Source: Motiliproteus sp.
GTDB lineage: Bacteria; Pseudomonadota; Gammaproteobacteria; Pseudomonadales; Balneatricaceae
DNA length: 64,000 bases
Assembly (NCBI GenBank): GCA_041586615.1
Contig: JBFGZS010000010.1
Span: forward strand, 10,340 to 74,339
Direction of reading: 5' to 3'
In this document: positions 10,145 through 19,244 of the stretch, in pieces
How positions within the stretch are numbered: the first letter of the stretch is position 1
Layout: each line of letters begins with the position of its first letter
Position numbers and translations under genes: made by a program
The notes under the pieces: generated by a model
The model's database searches: none
Told to the model about the DNA's origin: nothing
What the model saw: only the letters and a program-made list of their open reading frames with translations

Positions 10145-10506
10145 ATCAGACCGTATTTGGTGAGAACTTCGGTGAGTTTAGACTTATCGACCGGCTTTTT
10201 AATAAAGTCGAGTGCTTTCAACTTCATAACCCGTGCTTGCGCTTCGGGCTGAATATCAGCCGAAATAACAATGGTCATGGTCTTATGGCCTTCGCGCTGG
10301 ATCGCTTCCAGTACCTGATAACCATCCATCACCGGCATGGTCAGGTCGAGGAACAGCATTTCGGCCTTACCGGCCCGGATCGCTTCCATCGCCTCTTCAC
10401 CATTAGTGGCCAGCGTGACATCAATATCCCAGTCTTCCGGTAAGGCACGTCGAACCTGCTTACGTGCCATATTAGAATCATCACAAATTAACAGCGGAAT
10501 TGACAT
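10141..10506 (-). CDS. Single-domain response regulator (CheY-like)
   Basis: 'ICDDS', 'FLDLTMPVMDG', 'ISAD', 'FIKKP'. ATGA overlap with the CheC-like gene. Confidence 0.93.
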   Translation of the reverse strand: MSIPLLICDDSNMARKQVRRALPEDWDIDVTLATNGEEAMEAIRAGKAEMLFLDLTMPVMDGYQVLEAIQREGHKTMTIVISADIQPEAQARVMKLKALDFIKKPVDKSKLTEVLTKYGLI

Positions 10507-10844
10507 TCCTAACAGCTCCCTCCAAAACAGGACCCTATTGTATAAAAGCCCGTCCGTGTTTCAATCATCGGTGTAACCGCAGATATGACCTAGCTCATAT
10601 TAGCAAGGATTATCCGCAGACTTCACTATGATTTTTATCGCATTGTCACCGCCTTGCGCGACAACGCGTACCGATAGACAGGACAATAGACCCGAGTACC
10701 AAGGCAACAGCAGGACGCCATTATGCCATAGTGAGGTCGTTAATCCGGGCTTTTATCGCATCTGATCGATAGCACCTCATCTTGCGTCCAGCACGCTGAT
10801 TGCCTAGTCTTGTCCCGATCCGTCTTGTCCCGAAAGGAGAGCCC

Positions 10845-11090
10845 ATGAATTCTGTTCAAATCGATCGCCAGGAAATCCGTAAAGACCGCTACCTGCGTAT
10901 CTTAAAGAATACCGGCATCCCCCTCGCCATCGTCAGCGTCGCCTGTTTATGGCTGGGCAATACGCTGCCATCAGACGCCCTGGGCAAAGTCTTCATTGTC
11001 ACGATGCCCCTGGTACTGTTGATCGGCTTTGTATACAACATCCGCTATCTGATGCTGGCCCTGCGCCTGAAAAAACAGCTGGAGCGCTGA
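10845..11090 (+). CDS. Small 2-TM hypothetical membrane protein
   Basis: Strong RBS AAGGAG, two hydrophobic segments, 4-nt gap to the Crp/Fnr gene. Confidence 0.7.
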   Translation: MNSVQIDRQEIRKDRYLRILKNTGIPLAIVSVACLWLGNTLPSDALGKVFIVTMPLVLLIGFVYNIRYLMLALRLKKQLER

Positions 11091-11094
11091 AAAC

Positions 11095-11769
11095 ATGGCG
11101 CTTCCCGGCGACCTGATCAATGGTTTTCCGGCACTGGCTTCTATTCAGGACCCTGTCGGTCTCGATATTTTACGCCACGCACAACCCCTATCCCTGCCCG
11201 CCGGACAGGTCGTCTTCAGGCTGGGGGACACCTGCGCCCATTACCTGCTGGTCACCGAAGGTAAAGTCAAAGTCGTGGGCCGTGCCCTGAATGGTCGCGA
11301 ATTGTTGCTATACCGGATCGATGGCTGCGGCACTTGCGTCCTCACCACCTCCTGTCTGTTAGGACAAAAACGCTACCCCGCCGAGGGGATCACCGAAACC
11401 GCCGTCAGCGCTTATGCCCTGCCGCAAGCCTTGTTTCGCCAAGGGCTGGATCAATCCCCGGATTTTCGTAACTTTGTCTTTAACACCTATGGCCAACGTC
11501 TGAGCAGCTTGATTACGCTTGTACAGGAGATCGCCTTCGAGCGAATCGATCTGCGCTTGGCACGCTACCTCGTTGAAAAAGCGGCGGACCGTGTCGAATT
11601 GCTCCTGACACACCAGGATCTGGCGACCGAACTGGGCTCGGCTCGCGAAGTGATCAGCCGTCAGCTCAAAGAGTTTGAGCGTCGCGGCTGGCTGCATCTG
11701 GGTCGAGGCAGCATCCAGATTGACGATCTGACCCCTCTGCGCGAGTTTGCCTCCGCTCACGCCTTCTAG
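11095..11769 (+). CDS. Crp/Fnr family transcriptional regulator
   Basis: cNMP-binding fold ('G.VKVVGRALNGRELLLY', 'YPAEG') plus HTH 'THQDLATELGSAREVISRQLKEF'. Confidence 0.93.
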   Translation: MALPGDLINGFPALASIQDPVGLDILRHAQPLSLPAGQVVFRLGDTCAHYLLVTEGKVKVVGRALNGRELLLYRIDGCGTCVLTTSCLLGQKRYPAEGITETAVSAYALPQALFRQGLDQSPDFRNFVFNTYGQRLSSLITLVQEIAFERIDLRLARYLVEKAADRVELLLTHQDLATELGSAREVISRQLKEFERRGWLHLGRGSIQIDDLTPLREFASAHAF

Positions 11770-11847
11770 TATTTACGTTCAAGCAATTCCTTTTTACTCG
11801 CAGACGGCACTGATTCCCCTGGCGACACAGCTAAATTAGCGACTTGT

Positions 11848-11860
11848 GTGACCTTATCAC
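11848..11860. promoter_or_regulatory. Imperfect palindrome GTGAC-CTT-ATCAC, candidate Crp/Fnr-type site upstream of DUF2892
   Basis: One mismatch from a perfect inverted repeat, ~100 bp upstream of the ATG. Confidence 0.4.
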
Positions 11861-11957
11861 TGAGAGATTCGATGTGCAGAACTATGCTGTGGGTATTCTC
11901 CTTGGCATCGACCTAAAGTCCGCCGGAGACAGACATCGCTAGATAAGGAGCCCTACC

Positions 11958-12158
11958 ATGCAACAAAATATCGGCAACATTGATAAAGCCAGCCGGGTTA
12001 TCGTCGGACTGATCCTGATTTCCCTGGTCTTCGTCGGCCCACAAACACTCTGGGGCTGGATCGGCGTACCGGTTATCCTGATCGCTCTGGTCGGCATGTG
12101 CCCGCTTTACAAGATTCTGGGCCTGAGCACCTGCAAGCAGTGCAAAACTGAAGCCTGA
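11958..12158 (+). CDS. DUF2892 (YgaP-like) membrane protein
   Basis: 'NIGNIDKASRVIVG', 'GMCPLYKILGLSTC'. RBS AAGGAG. Confidence 0.9.
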   Translation: MQQNIGNIDKASRVIVGLILISLVFVGPQTLWGWIGVPVILIALVGMCPLYKILGLSTCKQCKTEA

Positions 12159-12189
12159 TTGATCAGCACAGACTTCGGTTAAAGAATCC

Positions 12190-12213
12190 AAAGCCCGCTC
12201 ACACGGGCTTTTG
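12190..12213 (+). terminator. Intrinsic terminator after DUF2892
   Basis: AAAGCCCG-ctcaca-CGGGCTTTT. Confidence 0.75.
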
Positions 12214-12261
12214 CGTTTGATGCCTCTAAGCTAATTCTCACGGCCAAAATCCCTGATACTG

Positions 12262-12277
12262 TTCAGTCAAGGTTAAG
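12262..12277 (+). promoter_or_regulatory. Direct repeat TTCAG-N6-TTAAG, candidate OmpR-family autoregulatory box
   Basis: 11-bp spaced pentamers ~50 bp upstream of the operon encoding the response regulator. Confidence 0.45.
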
Positions 12278-12326
12278 CCTTCACCCTCTATCCTGTGGGC
12301 AGTCGCTAAGGAAAGAGGTCGCCGCC

Positions 12327-12930
12327 ATGAAAAAGTCTCCCTCAATACTCGCAACAACACTGATAACGGTACTGGCGAGCCTGCCCTTTAGCGCAGCGAT
12401 CCAGGCAGCCCCCCCCTTACGACAAGCGGCCGCATCATAATGTCGACTATGCCAAAGTGACGCAGGTCGAGCCGATTATTCGCACCCTCAATCATCGTAT
12501 TCCCCGTGAAACCTGCTGGGAAGAATCGGTGCCTTACCAGGAGCCGTATCAACACCCGAGCCGCTCGCGTCCCGAGAGTGCCGTGCCTACGGTTATCGGT
12601 GGACTGATCGGTGTTGCGATTGGCGAACGATTCGGTGGCAACAAGAGCAATCGCAAGATGACGGCCCTGGCCGGCGGACTACTGGGCGCGGCCATTGGCC
12701 ATGATCTGTCCCGCACCCGCCCCGCGGTCAATCCTTACAATGAGCGCGTGCGGCGCACCAGCTACCGTAGCGAGCATCGCTGCGAAGTGTCTTACCAAAT
12801 GGAGCAGGAAGAACGGATCGACGGCTACAATGTGACCTATCGTTACCGAGGCAAGACATACCATACGCGGATGGATTATGATCCGGGTAATAAGATCCAA
12901 GTACGCGTCAACGTGCGGCCGGTACTTTAA
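12327..12930 (+). pseudogene. Glycine-zipper 2TM secreted protein, frameshifted at a C8 tract (12409-12416)
   Basis: Signal peptide MKKSPSILATT...IQAAP from ATG 12327 stops at 12440. Removing one C joins it to YDKRPHHNVDYAKVTQVEP and ORF 12457..12930 ('GGLIGVAIGERFGG', 'GYNVTYRYRG'). Confidence 0.8.
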
Positions 12931-12975
12931 TCCGGTCGCCACCGATCGAGGTTAAAGGCTTTGTCGACTCTAAAC

Positions 12976-13272
12976 ATGTCAACCCAAAGAAGATTGCCGC
13001 CGGTATTACGGCGTAGCTTGGGCGTTCTTTGCCTTGGGTTGGCGCTGAGTCTAACCGGCGAAGCGCAAGCGGCACCGCTATCACTTTCTGAGGCTGCTGA
13101 GGTCGTGCAGGCGCGCCACGGCGGACAGGTTCTGGCTATTCAACCGGCGCGCAGCGATGGCAAAGACGCATTTCGGGTCAAACTGCTGCAGTCTTCCGGC
13201 GTTGTGCGACTGATTCTGATCGATGCCAAGGATGGTTCGCCGCTACCCTACGAACGAAAAAACAAACCGTAA
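12976..13272 (+). CDS. PepSY-domain secreted protein
   Basis: Signal peptide; 'LSEAAEVVQARHGGQVL', 'FRVKLLQSSGVVRLILIDAKDG'. Confidence 0.8.
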   Translation: MSTQRRLPPVLRRSLGVLCLGLALSLTGEAQAAPLSLSEAAEVVQARHGGQVLAIQPARSDGKDAFRVKLLQSSGVVRLILIDAKDGSPLPYERKNKP

Positions 13273-13330
13273 AAAGCACGCGCTGAGGGCAGATAACGCA
13301 CCAGCCCGCAAGGATACCCGGGGAGTTAAC

Positions 13331-14014
13331 ATGCGAGTACTGGTCGTCGAAGATGAACCGCAGCTACGCGAACAACTGGGCAGCGCCTTGCGCGCACGCC
13401 AATACGCCACCGATCTGGCCGCCGACGGTGAAGAGGGGTTATACCTGGCGACGGAAAACCCCTACGACCTGGCCATTGTCGACTTAGGACTGCCCAAACT
13501 GGGCGGCATCGACCTGATCCGCCAACTGCGCCAGTCCGCTATCCGCTATCCGGTGCTGATACTGACGGCCCGGGGCGACTGGCAGGATAAAGTCGAGGGG
13601 CTCGAAGCCGGGGCGGACGATTACCTGAGCAAACCCTTTCACCAGGAAGAACTACTTGCCCGGGTCAGCGCCTTGCTGCGACGCAGCTCGGGGCATGCCA
13701 GCCCACAAATCAGCTTCGGCCCGCTCCTGCTGGACTGTACCGCCAAGCAGGTGCGGCTGAACGGCCAACCGCTAGAGCTGACCGCCTATGAGTACGCGAC
13801 CTTTGAATACCTGGCGCTCAAGTCGGGCAAGGTCGTGTCCAAGACCGAATTGACCGAGCATCTGTATGACCAGGACTTCGACCGTGACAGCAACGTGATC
13901 GAAGTCTTTATTACTCGCCTGCGGCGTAAGCTGGACCCCGACGGCTCGCTGAAACCCATTAGCACCGAACGGGGGCGGGGTTATCGCTTCGTCCTCAGCC
14001 AGGATGATACCTGA
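13331..14014 (+). CDS. OmpR/PhoP-family response regulator
   Basis: 'MRVLVVEDE', 'VDLGLP', 'LTARGDWQDKVEGLEAGADDYLSKPF', 'NVIEVFITRLRRKL'. Confidence 0.95.
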   Translation: MRVLVVEDEPQLREQLGSALRARQYATDLAADGEEGLYLATENPYDLAIVDLGLPKLGGIDLIRQLRQSAIRYPVLILTARGDWQDKVEGLEAGADDYLSKPFHQEELLARVSALLRRSSGHASPQISFGPLLLDCTAKQVRLNGQPLELTAYEYATFEYLALKSGKVVSKTELTEHLYDQDFDRDSNVIEVFITRLRRKLDPDGSLKPISTERGRGYRFVLSQDDT

Positions 14015-14086
14015 TCATGTGCATCGCGCTCTGCAGGGATAGCAGACAAAGCCACTACCACTGCCTGGCGAAAAGAGCCGACCACC

Positions 14087-15442
14087 ATGCCTGACTGGTT
14101 GCATCCGCGCTCTCTTGCAGGCCGGCTTCGTCTGGCCTCCTGCGTGGTATTACCACTGATCATTGGTCTGACGGCGCTCATTCTGGATCAGGCCTTCAAA
14201 CGCAGCCTGGATGCCGCCGTGCAGGAGCGCCTGCGCCTCTCTACCTACGTCTTAATGGGTGCCGCCGAGGCCGGTGGAGGTCAACTCTGGATGCCCGCAA
14301 CACTGCAGGAACCGCGCTTTAACCAGCCAGGATCCGGACTGATCGGCGCGATCCATAACCGCAATGGCACGCTGTTGTGGCGCTCAACCTCCGCCCTGGG
14401 TGAAAGTCCGGAATCGCCACCGCTGCCGCCCCGAGCCGGGGAAAACATCTTCGCCCATGACCGTCCTGACCGATTTATCTACAGCTACCGGGTTTTGTGG
14501 GAAACGGAAGATGGCAACCGCAGCGAGTTTCTGTTCAGTACCCAGGAGGTCAACGACAGTTACCGCGCTGAGCTGAGCGCCTTTCGCCTGCATCTATGGG
14601 GCGGGCTGGGCCTGCTCGCCGCCCTGCTGCTGCTCGCCCAGGGCATGGTACTGCGCTGGGGACTCCGGCCGCTGACCCAGTTAGCGACGGACCTGCAGCA
14701 GATTGAAAGCGGCCAGCGCGACGATCTACCGGGCCACTATCCCCACGAGATTACCCCGGTCACCCGCAACCTCAACTTGCTGCTGCAGGCGGAGCGCCGT
14801 CAGCGCGAACGCTATCGCAACACCCTGGCGGATCTGGCTCATAGCCTGAAAACACCGCTGGCGGTGCTGCGCAACCTGCCGGGCGGTTCGGAAGCCGAGG
14901 CGATCGACGAACAGATCGCGCGCATGGACCAGATCATCAGCCACCAACTGGGCCGCTCTGTCACCACCCCCGCCCACCCGCTACAACAAGCCGTGGCTAT
15001 TTTGCCCGCGGTTCGTCGTATCGGCCAGGCGCTGCAGAAAGTGTATCGGGATAAGACAGTGCGTTTTGAGGTCAGCGGCAACGAACCTGGATTTCGCGGC
15101 GACGAACGCGATTTGATGGAGATTTTGGGTAATCTGATCGATAACGCCTTTAAATACGGCGGCAACCATATCCGGGTCAGCACCGGGGTCCTACCTGATC
15201 GTATCGAGATCATCGTCGACGATAACGGCCCCGGCATCGCGCCGGACCTGCACGGCGCGATCTTGCAGCGCGGCACCCGCGCCGACTCACTGTCGCCCGG
15301 CCAGGGTATCGGCTTGTCGGTGGTACGGGATATTCTCAGCGGCTACCAAGGCAGCCTGAATATCGCCAGCCAGCAGGCAAATAGCCTGGGGGGTGCGCGA
15401 TTCATCGTCTCCCTGCCCCGCGCCGGCGCGGACAAAAAATAA
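14087..15442 (+). CDS. PhoQ-like sensor histidine kinase
   Basis: Two TMs and HAMP; 'LADLAHSLKTPL', 'GNLIDNAFKY', 'DDNGPG', 'GQGIGLS'. Confidence 0.93.
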   Translation: MPDWLHPRSLAGRLRLASCVVLPLIIGLTALILDQAFKRSLDAAVQERLRLSTYVLMGAAEAGGGQLWMPATLQEPRFNQPGSGLIGAIHNRNGTLLWRSTSALGESPESPPLPPRAGENIFAHDRPDRFIYSYRVLWETEDGNRSEFLFSTQEVNDSYRAELSAFRLHLWGGLGLLAALLLLAQGMVLRWGLRPLTQLATDLQQIESGQRDDLPGHYPHEITPVTRNLNLLLQAERRQRERYRNTLADLAHSLKTPLAVLRNLPGGSEAEAIDEQIARMDQIISHQLGRSVTTPAHPLQQAVAILPAVRRIGQALQKVYRDKTVRFEVSGNEPGFRGDERDLMEILGNLIDNAFKYGGNHIRVSTGVLPDRIEIIVDDNGPGIAPDLHGAILQRGTRADSLSPGQGIGLSVVRDILSGYQGSLNIASQQANSLGGARFIVSLPRAGADKK

Positions 15443-15566
15443 TCGCGTTCACGTGCGGCATTTTCTTGACCGATACCGCCACGGGGCGTATATCGTCATA
15501 GCATGATGACCCCACACCACCCGCGTCATTCGGCAACGTCACGGGCGGACAACCAAGCACCTTTTT

Positions 15567-16367
15567 ATGTCTACAGGTAACCGGATGAAACCTTGCATCG
15601 CCATCGGCCTAGCCAAATCGTTCCGCTTTGACGCATTGCGCCAGCGGTTACAAGAAAGCCGCCGCGGCACGCTTTACCGTGAAGTCCTGCACCTCGAAAA
15701 CGGTGGCGATACCTTTATTTTCCCCTTTGGCGTCATGCTGTTCTGGGGGGTACCCGCCGATGAACAGCAGCGCCTGATCAGCGAAATAACCCCCTTCGCC
15801 GACGAGCTACTACGCACGCCCTTCGAGGATCATTTTGAATATGTCGTCGACAGTAATCGGCAGCGCATCCAGGAAGACCGCATCGCGCTGATCAACGACA
15901 CCGTGCTGGACAAGCTAGCCCTCTCGCACGGCATTGCCCAGTCGATCAAACTGGTAGAGCTGGAGGCCATTGCCAGCCGAGCCGTGGAAGAAACCGCACA
16001 CATACCGCGCAACATGGCCGAAACCGGCAGCACCCGCCTCAGCCGGCGCGACATCGCCCGTATGCGCGGGCGCCTGCTATTGGTGGAGAGTGATATCAAC
16101 CACCACTACGCGTTACTGGATACGCCGGAATTTTTCTGGGAGTACCCGGAGCTGGAATCCCGCTATCGGGAAGCCACCCGTTATCTGGATGTCCAGGCAA
16201 GGGTGGCGGTGCTGGATAAAAAACTGCAGATGATTCACAAGCTGTTCGATATGCTGGCCGACGAGCAGAAACATAAACACTCGTCGCTGCTGGAATGGAT
16301 CATCATCTGGCTGATCGCCGTAGAGATCGTGATCTTCCTCGGCCACGACCTGTTGAAGATTTTTTAA
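15567..16367 (+). CDS. RMD1/YagE (DUF155) family protein
   Basis: 'FIFPFGVMLFWG', 'LSHGIAQSIKL', 'LDTPEFFW', 'LEWIIIWLIAVEI'. Confidence 0.88.
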   Translation: MSTGNRMKPCIAIGLAKSFRFDALRQRLQESRRGTLYREVLHLENGGDTFIFPFGVMLFWGVPADEQQRLISEITPFADELLRTPFEDHFEYVVDSNRQRIQEDRIALINDTVLDKLALSHGIAQSIKLVELEAIASRAVEETAHIPRNMAETGSTRLSRRDIARMRGRLLLVESDINHHYALLDTPEFFWEYPELESRYREATRYLDVQARVAVLDKKLQMIHKLFDMLADEQKHKHSSLLEWIIIWLIAVEIVIFLGHDLLKIF

Positions 16368-16376
16368 GGCGGCAGT

Positions 16377-16440
16377 TCAGTCCCGTCTCCGGGCCTCAAG
16401 GCTTGCAATCATATGCAGGCCTTTGTCGTTTCGGGACTGA
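16377..16440. other. Nested long hairpin (TCAGTCCCG...CGGGACTGA enclosing AAGGCTTGCA-atcata-TGCAGGCCTT)
   Basis: Complementary arms read directly, immediately 3' of the RMD1 stop. Confidence 0.6.
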
Positions 16441-16514
16441 GCCGATGCTGCACGCTCAACGCAACACGCCACCGACTTCAGAGGGGCTGCCACCCTCCAA
16501 CAGGTCATACAACA

Positions 16515-16551
16515 GACTCTGTTTTGACTCTCTGTTTTGACTCTCTCTTTT
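16515..16551. repeat. 3 degenerate 11-13-bp tandem units (GACTCT[CT]GTTTT) upstream of msrA
   Basis: Read directly. Confidence 0.75.
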
Positions 16552-16657
16552 AACTACAATCGAGTCTGACCTCGTGGCCAGACCCCGTGGCCATTTCTGT
16601 TTAGCGGCACTTTAACGGCTATAACGGGTCCATACCCCATCAATTGGAGAATATCTT

Positions 16658-17152
16658 ATGACTGAACGCGCGATTCTGGCCGGTGGCTGTTTCTGGGGCA
16701 TGCAGGATTTAATTCGCAAACGCCCCGGTGTGATCAGTACCCGTGTCGGCTATACCGGTGGCGATGTGCCGAACGCCACCTACCCCAACCATGGTACCCA
16801 TGCCGAGGCTATCGAGATCATTTTTGACCCGGCTCTGATCAGCTACCGCGACCTGCTGGCGTTGTTCTTCCAGATCCATGATCCCTGCACCCGCGACCGG
16901 CAAGGTAATGACCGCGGTCTTTCCTACCGTTCGGCGATCTTCTATCTGGATGAGGCGCAGCAGCAGACGGCACTGGCAACCATTGCCGATGTGGATGCGT
17001 CGGGCCTCTGGCCCGGTAAAGTGGTGACGGCGCTGGAACCTGCAGGGGATTTCTGGGAAGCCGAAGCAGAACACCAAGATTATCTGCAGCGGATACCCAA
17101 CGGCTACAGCTGCCACTTTCCGCGCCCGAACTGGGTACTACCCAAACGCTAA
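16658..17152 (+). CDS. msrA: Peptide-methionine (S)-S-oxide reductase
   Basis: 'GGCFWG', 'VGYTGG', 'HAEAIEI', 'AEAEHQDYL'. Confidence 0.97.
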   Translation: MTERAILAGGCFWGMQDLIRKRPGVISTRVGYTGGDVPNATYPNHGTHAEAIEIIFDPALISYRDLLALFFQIHDPCTRDRQGNDRGLSYRSAIFYLDEAQQQTALATIADVDASGLWPGKVVTALEPAGDFWEAEAEHQDYLQRIPNGYSCHFPRPNWVLPKR

Positions 17153-17155
17153 ACC

Positions 17156-17310
17156 GGCGGCAACGTAATACCGAGCAAAAAGTATCGCCTTATAAGCGGT
17201 TCATGAATAAACCGCCGTGGCATAAGGCCACGCGAGACAAGGACGGACAGGCGCCGGCCTTGTCGTCATCAAAAGAGCGAAGGGATCGGTATTTTTATGC
17301 CTGGTTAATC
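17156..17310. repeat. Dispersed palindromic element, copy 1 (carries a 79-bp internal insert)
   Basis: 17156-17181 matches 25821-25846 at 24/26; 17261-17310 matches 25847-25896 at 44/50 (counted by eye). Confidence 0.8.
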
Positions 17311-17349
17311 GTATCGCCTGACGGCCCCACAGCCATCCTTACGGGGTGC

Positions 17350-18951
17350 TTACTTTGCCGCCATTGCCAGCGCCAGAGCCTCGGCGACCTTGATACCGTC
17401 GATAGCCGCCGACAGGATACCGCCGGCATACCCGGCGCCTTCACCCGCGGGGTAGAGGCCCTGGGTATTGATACTCTGGCAGTCGGCACCGCGATTGACC
17501 CGTACCGGCGAGGAGGTGCGTGTTTCAACGCCGGTCAGCAAGGCATCGGCCATCGAGAAGCCCTTAATTTTACGCTCGAAGGCCGGAAGCGCTTCTTTGA
17601 TCGCCGCAATGGCGTAGTCCGGCAGGCTGGGGCTGAGGTCGGTCAGGTGAATGCCCGGTGTGTAGGAGGGCTCCACCTTGCCCAAGTCCGTGGACGGCTT
17701 GCCCGCCAGAAAATCGCCGACCCGCTGGCCCGGTGCGCTGTAGTCGCCGCCGCCCAGCTCGAAGGCTTTACGTTCCCAATGCCGCTGCAGTTCGATACCC
17801 GCCAGCGGTCCACCGGGATAATCGTCGGGGGTAATACTGACCACGATGGCGCTGTTGGCGTTACGCTCGGCGCGCGAATACTGACTCATACCGTTGGTAA
17901 CGACGGCATTGGGTTCCGAGGTCGCGGCAACCACCTGGCCGCCGGGGCACATACAGAAGCTGTACACCGAGCGACCGTTGGCGCAGTGATGGACCAGTTT
18001 ATAGTCCGCCGCCCCCAGCAGCTCATGCCCGGCCTGCTCGCCAAACCGGCTCTGGTCGATCAGCGATTGCGGGTGCTCGATCCGAAAGCCGATCGAGAAG
18101 GGCTTGGCTTCGATATGCACGCCCTGGCGTTCCAGCATGGCAAAGGTATCACGGGCACTGTGGCCAACCGCCAGCATGATGTGCTGGCTGCGAATCACCT
18201 GCCCATCGGCCAGCACCACGCCCTGAATCTGACCGTCGTTAATCTGCAATTCATCGACGCGTTGACCAAAACGGATCTCGCCGCCCAATTCCTCGATACT
18301 GTGGCGAATACTTTCCACCATTTTCACCAGACGGAACGTGCCTATATGCGGCTTGCTGTTGATCAGGATATCCTCCGGTGCACCGGCTTTGACAAACTCT
18401 TCCAGCACCTTGCGCCCCAGATGGCGCGGATCTTTGATCTGACTATAGAGTTTGCCGTCGGAGAACGTGCCCGCGCCGCCCTCGCCAAACTGCACATTCG
18501 ATTCGGGGTTCAGCTCGCGCTTGCGCCACAGACCAAAGGTATCGACGGTACGCTCACGAACCGCCTTGCCCCGTTCCAGAATAATCGGTTTAAAGCCCAT
18601 TTGCGCCAGGATCAGCCCCGCCATCATGCCGCAAGGACCCATACCGATGATGATCGGCCGTTGCGATAGCGTTGCCGGGGCCTGCGTAACAAAATGATAC
18701 TGGGTATCGGGGCTCGGTTTGATCTGCCCGTCAGCGGCGAAATCGACCAACAGCCGCGACTCTAGCGCGCAGTCAATATCCAGCGCGTAGATCAGGGCAA
18801 TATGGTTGCGCTTACGGGCATCGTGGCTGCGCTTGACGATGTTGAAGCCCTGTAACTGGCTAGCGTCAATGCCGAGCCGCTGCACGATGGCGTTGCGTAG
18901 ATCCTGTTCGCTGTGGTCAAGAGGAAGCTTAAGATTGGTCAGTCGCAACAT
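17350..18951 (-). CDS. NAD(P)/FAD-dependent oxidoreductase (uncharacterised COG2509-type)
   Basis: 'IIIGMGPCG', 'QFGEGGAGTFSDGKL', 'FCMCPGG', 'ETRTSSP', 'GEGAGYAGGILSAAIDG'. Confidence 0.9.
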   Translation of the reverse strand: MLRLTNLKLPLDHSEQDLRNAIVQRLGIDASQLQGFNIVKRSHDARKRNHIALIYALDIDCALESRLLVDFAADGQIKPSPDTQYHFVTQAPATLSQRPIIIGMGPCGMMAGLILAQMGFKPIILERGKAVRERTVDTFGLWRKRELNPESNVQFGEGGAGTFSDGKLYSQIKDPRHLGRKVLEEFVKAGAPEDILINSKPHIGTFRLVKMVESIRHSIEELGGEIRFGQRVDELQINDGQIQGVVLADGQVIRSQHIMLAVGHSARDTFAMLERQGVHIEAKPFSIGFRIEHPQSLIDQSRFGEQAGHELLGAADYKLVHHCANGRSVYSFCMCPGGQVVAATSEPNAVVTNGMSQYSRAERNANSAIVVSITPDDYPGGPLAGIELQRHWERKAFELGGGDYSAPGQRVGDFLAGKPSTDLGKVEPSYTPGIHLTDLSPSLPDYAIAAIKEALPAFERKIKGFSMADALLTGVETRTSSPVRVNRGADCQSINTQGLYPAGEGAGYAGGILSAAIDGIKVAEALALAMAAK

Positions 18952-19244
18952 GGGGAATTCCGTAGCGGCAGTCACGCGCCAGCAAGGCACCGAAAGAGAG
19001 GGCCGTCAGCGTCGAAACTGCAAAATATAAGAGACGGGATATTATCGGTTTCAACCCCTGCAGCTGTCAAAGCGCAATCACCGCTATCGACCTCGCGCCC
19101 GCGTGACGAAGCCGGGCAAAACTTTACAAGTGGCACCGATAACAGCAAGCTAGAGCCCCATAAATAAGATCACTAGCAATAAGGCGTTGTTAATACGTCT
19201 AACGGCTACTGATCTAAAGAAAACAACCGGGATAGGATAAGATC

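Noticed and set aside
17150-17310. Integron attC site after msrA (GCTAAAC ... GTTAATC)
   Set aside because: Both core boxes deviate from RYYYAAC/GTTRRRY and the box spacing does not fit. The other two copies sit in divergent promoters, and there is no intI.
17281-17310. Sigma-28 or sigma-54 promoter as the explanation of the dispersed element
   Set aside because: Spacing is wrong for TAAA-N15-GCCGATAA, there is no TTGC at -12, and copy 1 lies between convergent genes.
17203-18669. 488-aa + strand ORF
   Set aside because: Antisense shadow of the well-conserved FAD oxidoreductase; no recognisable motifs.
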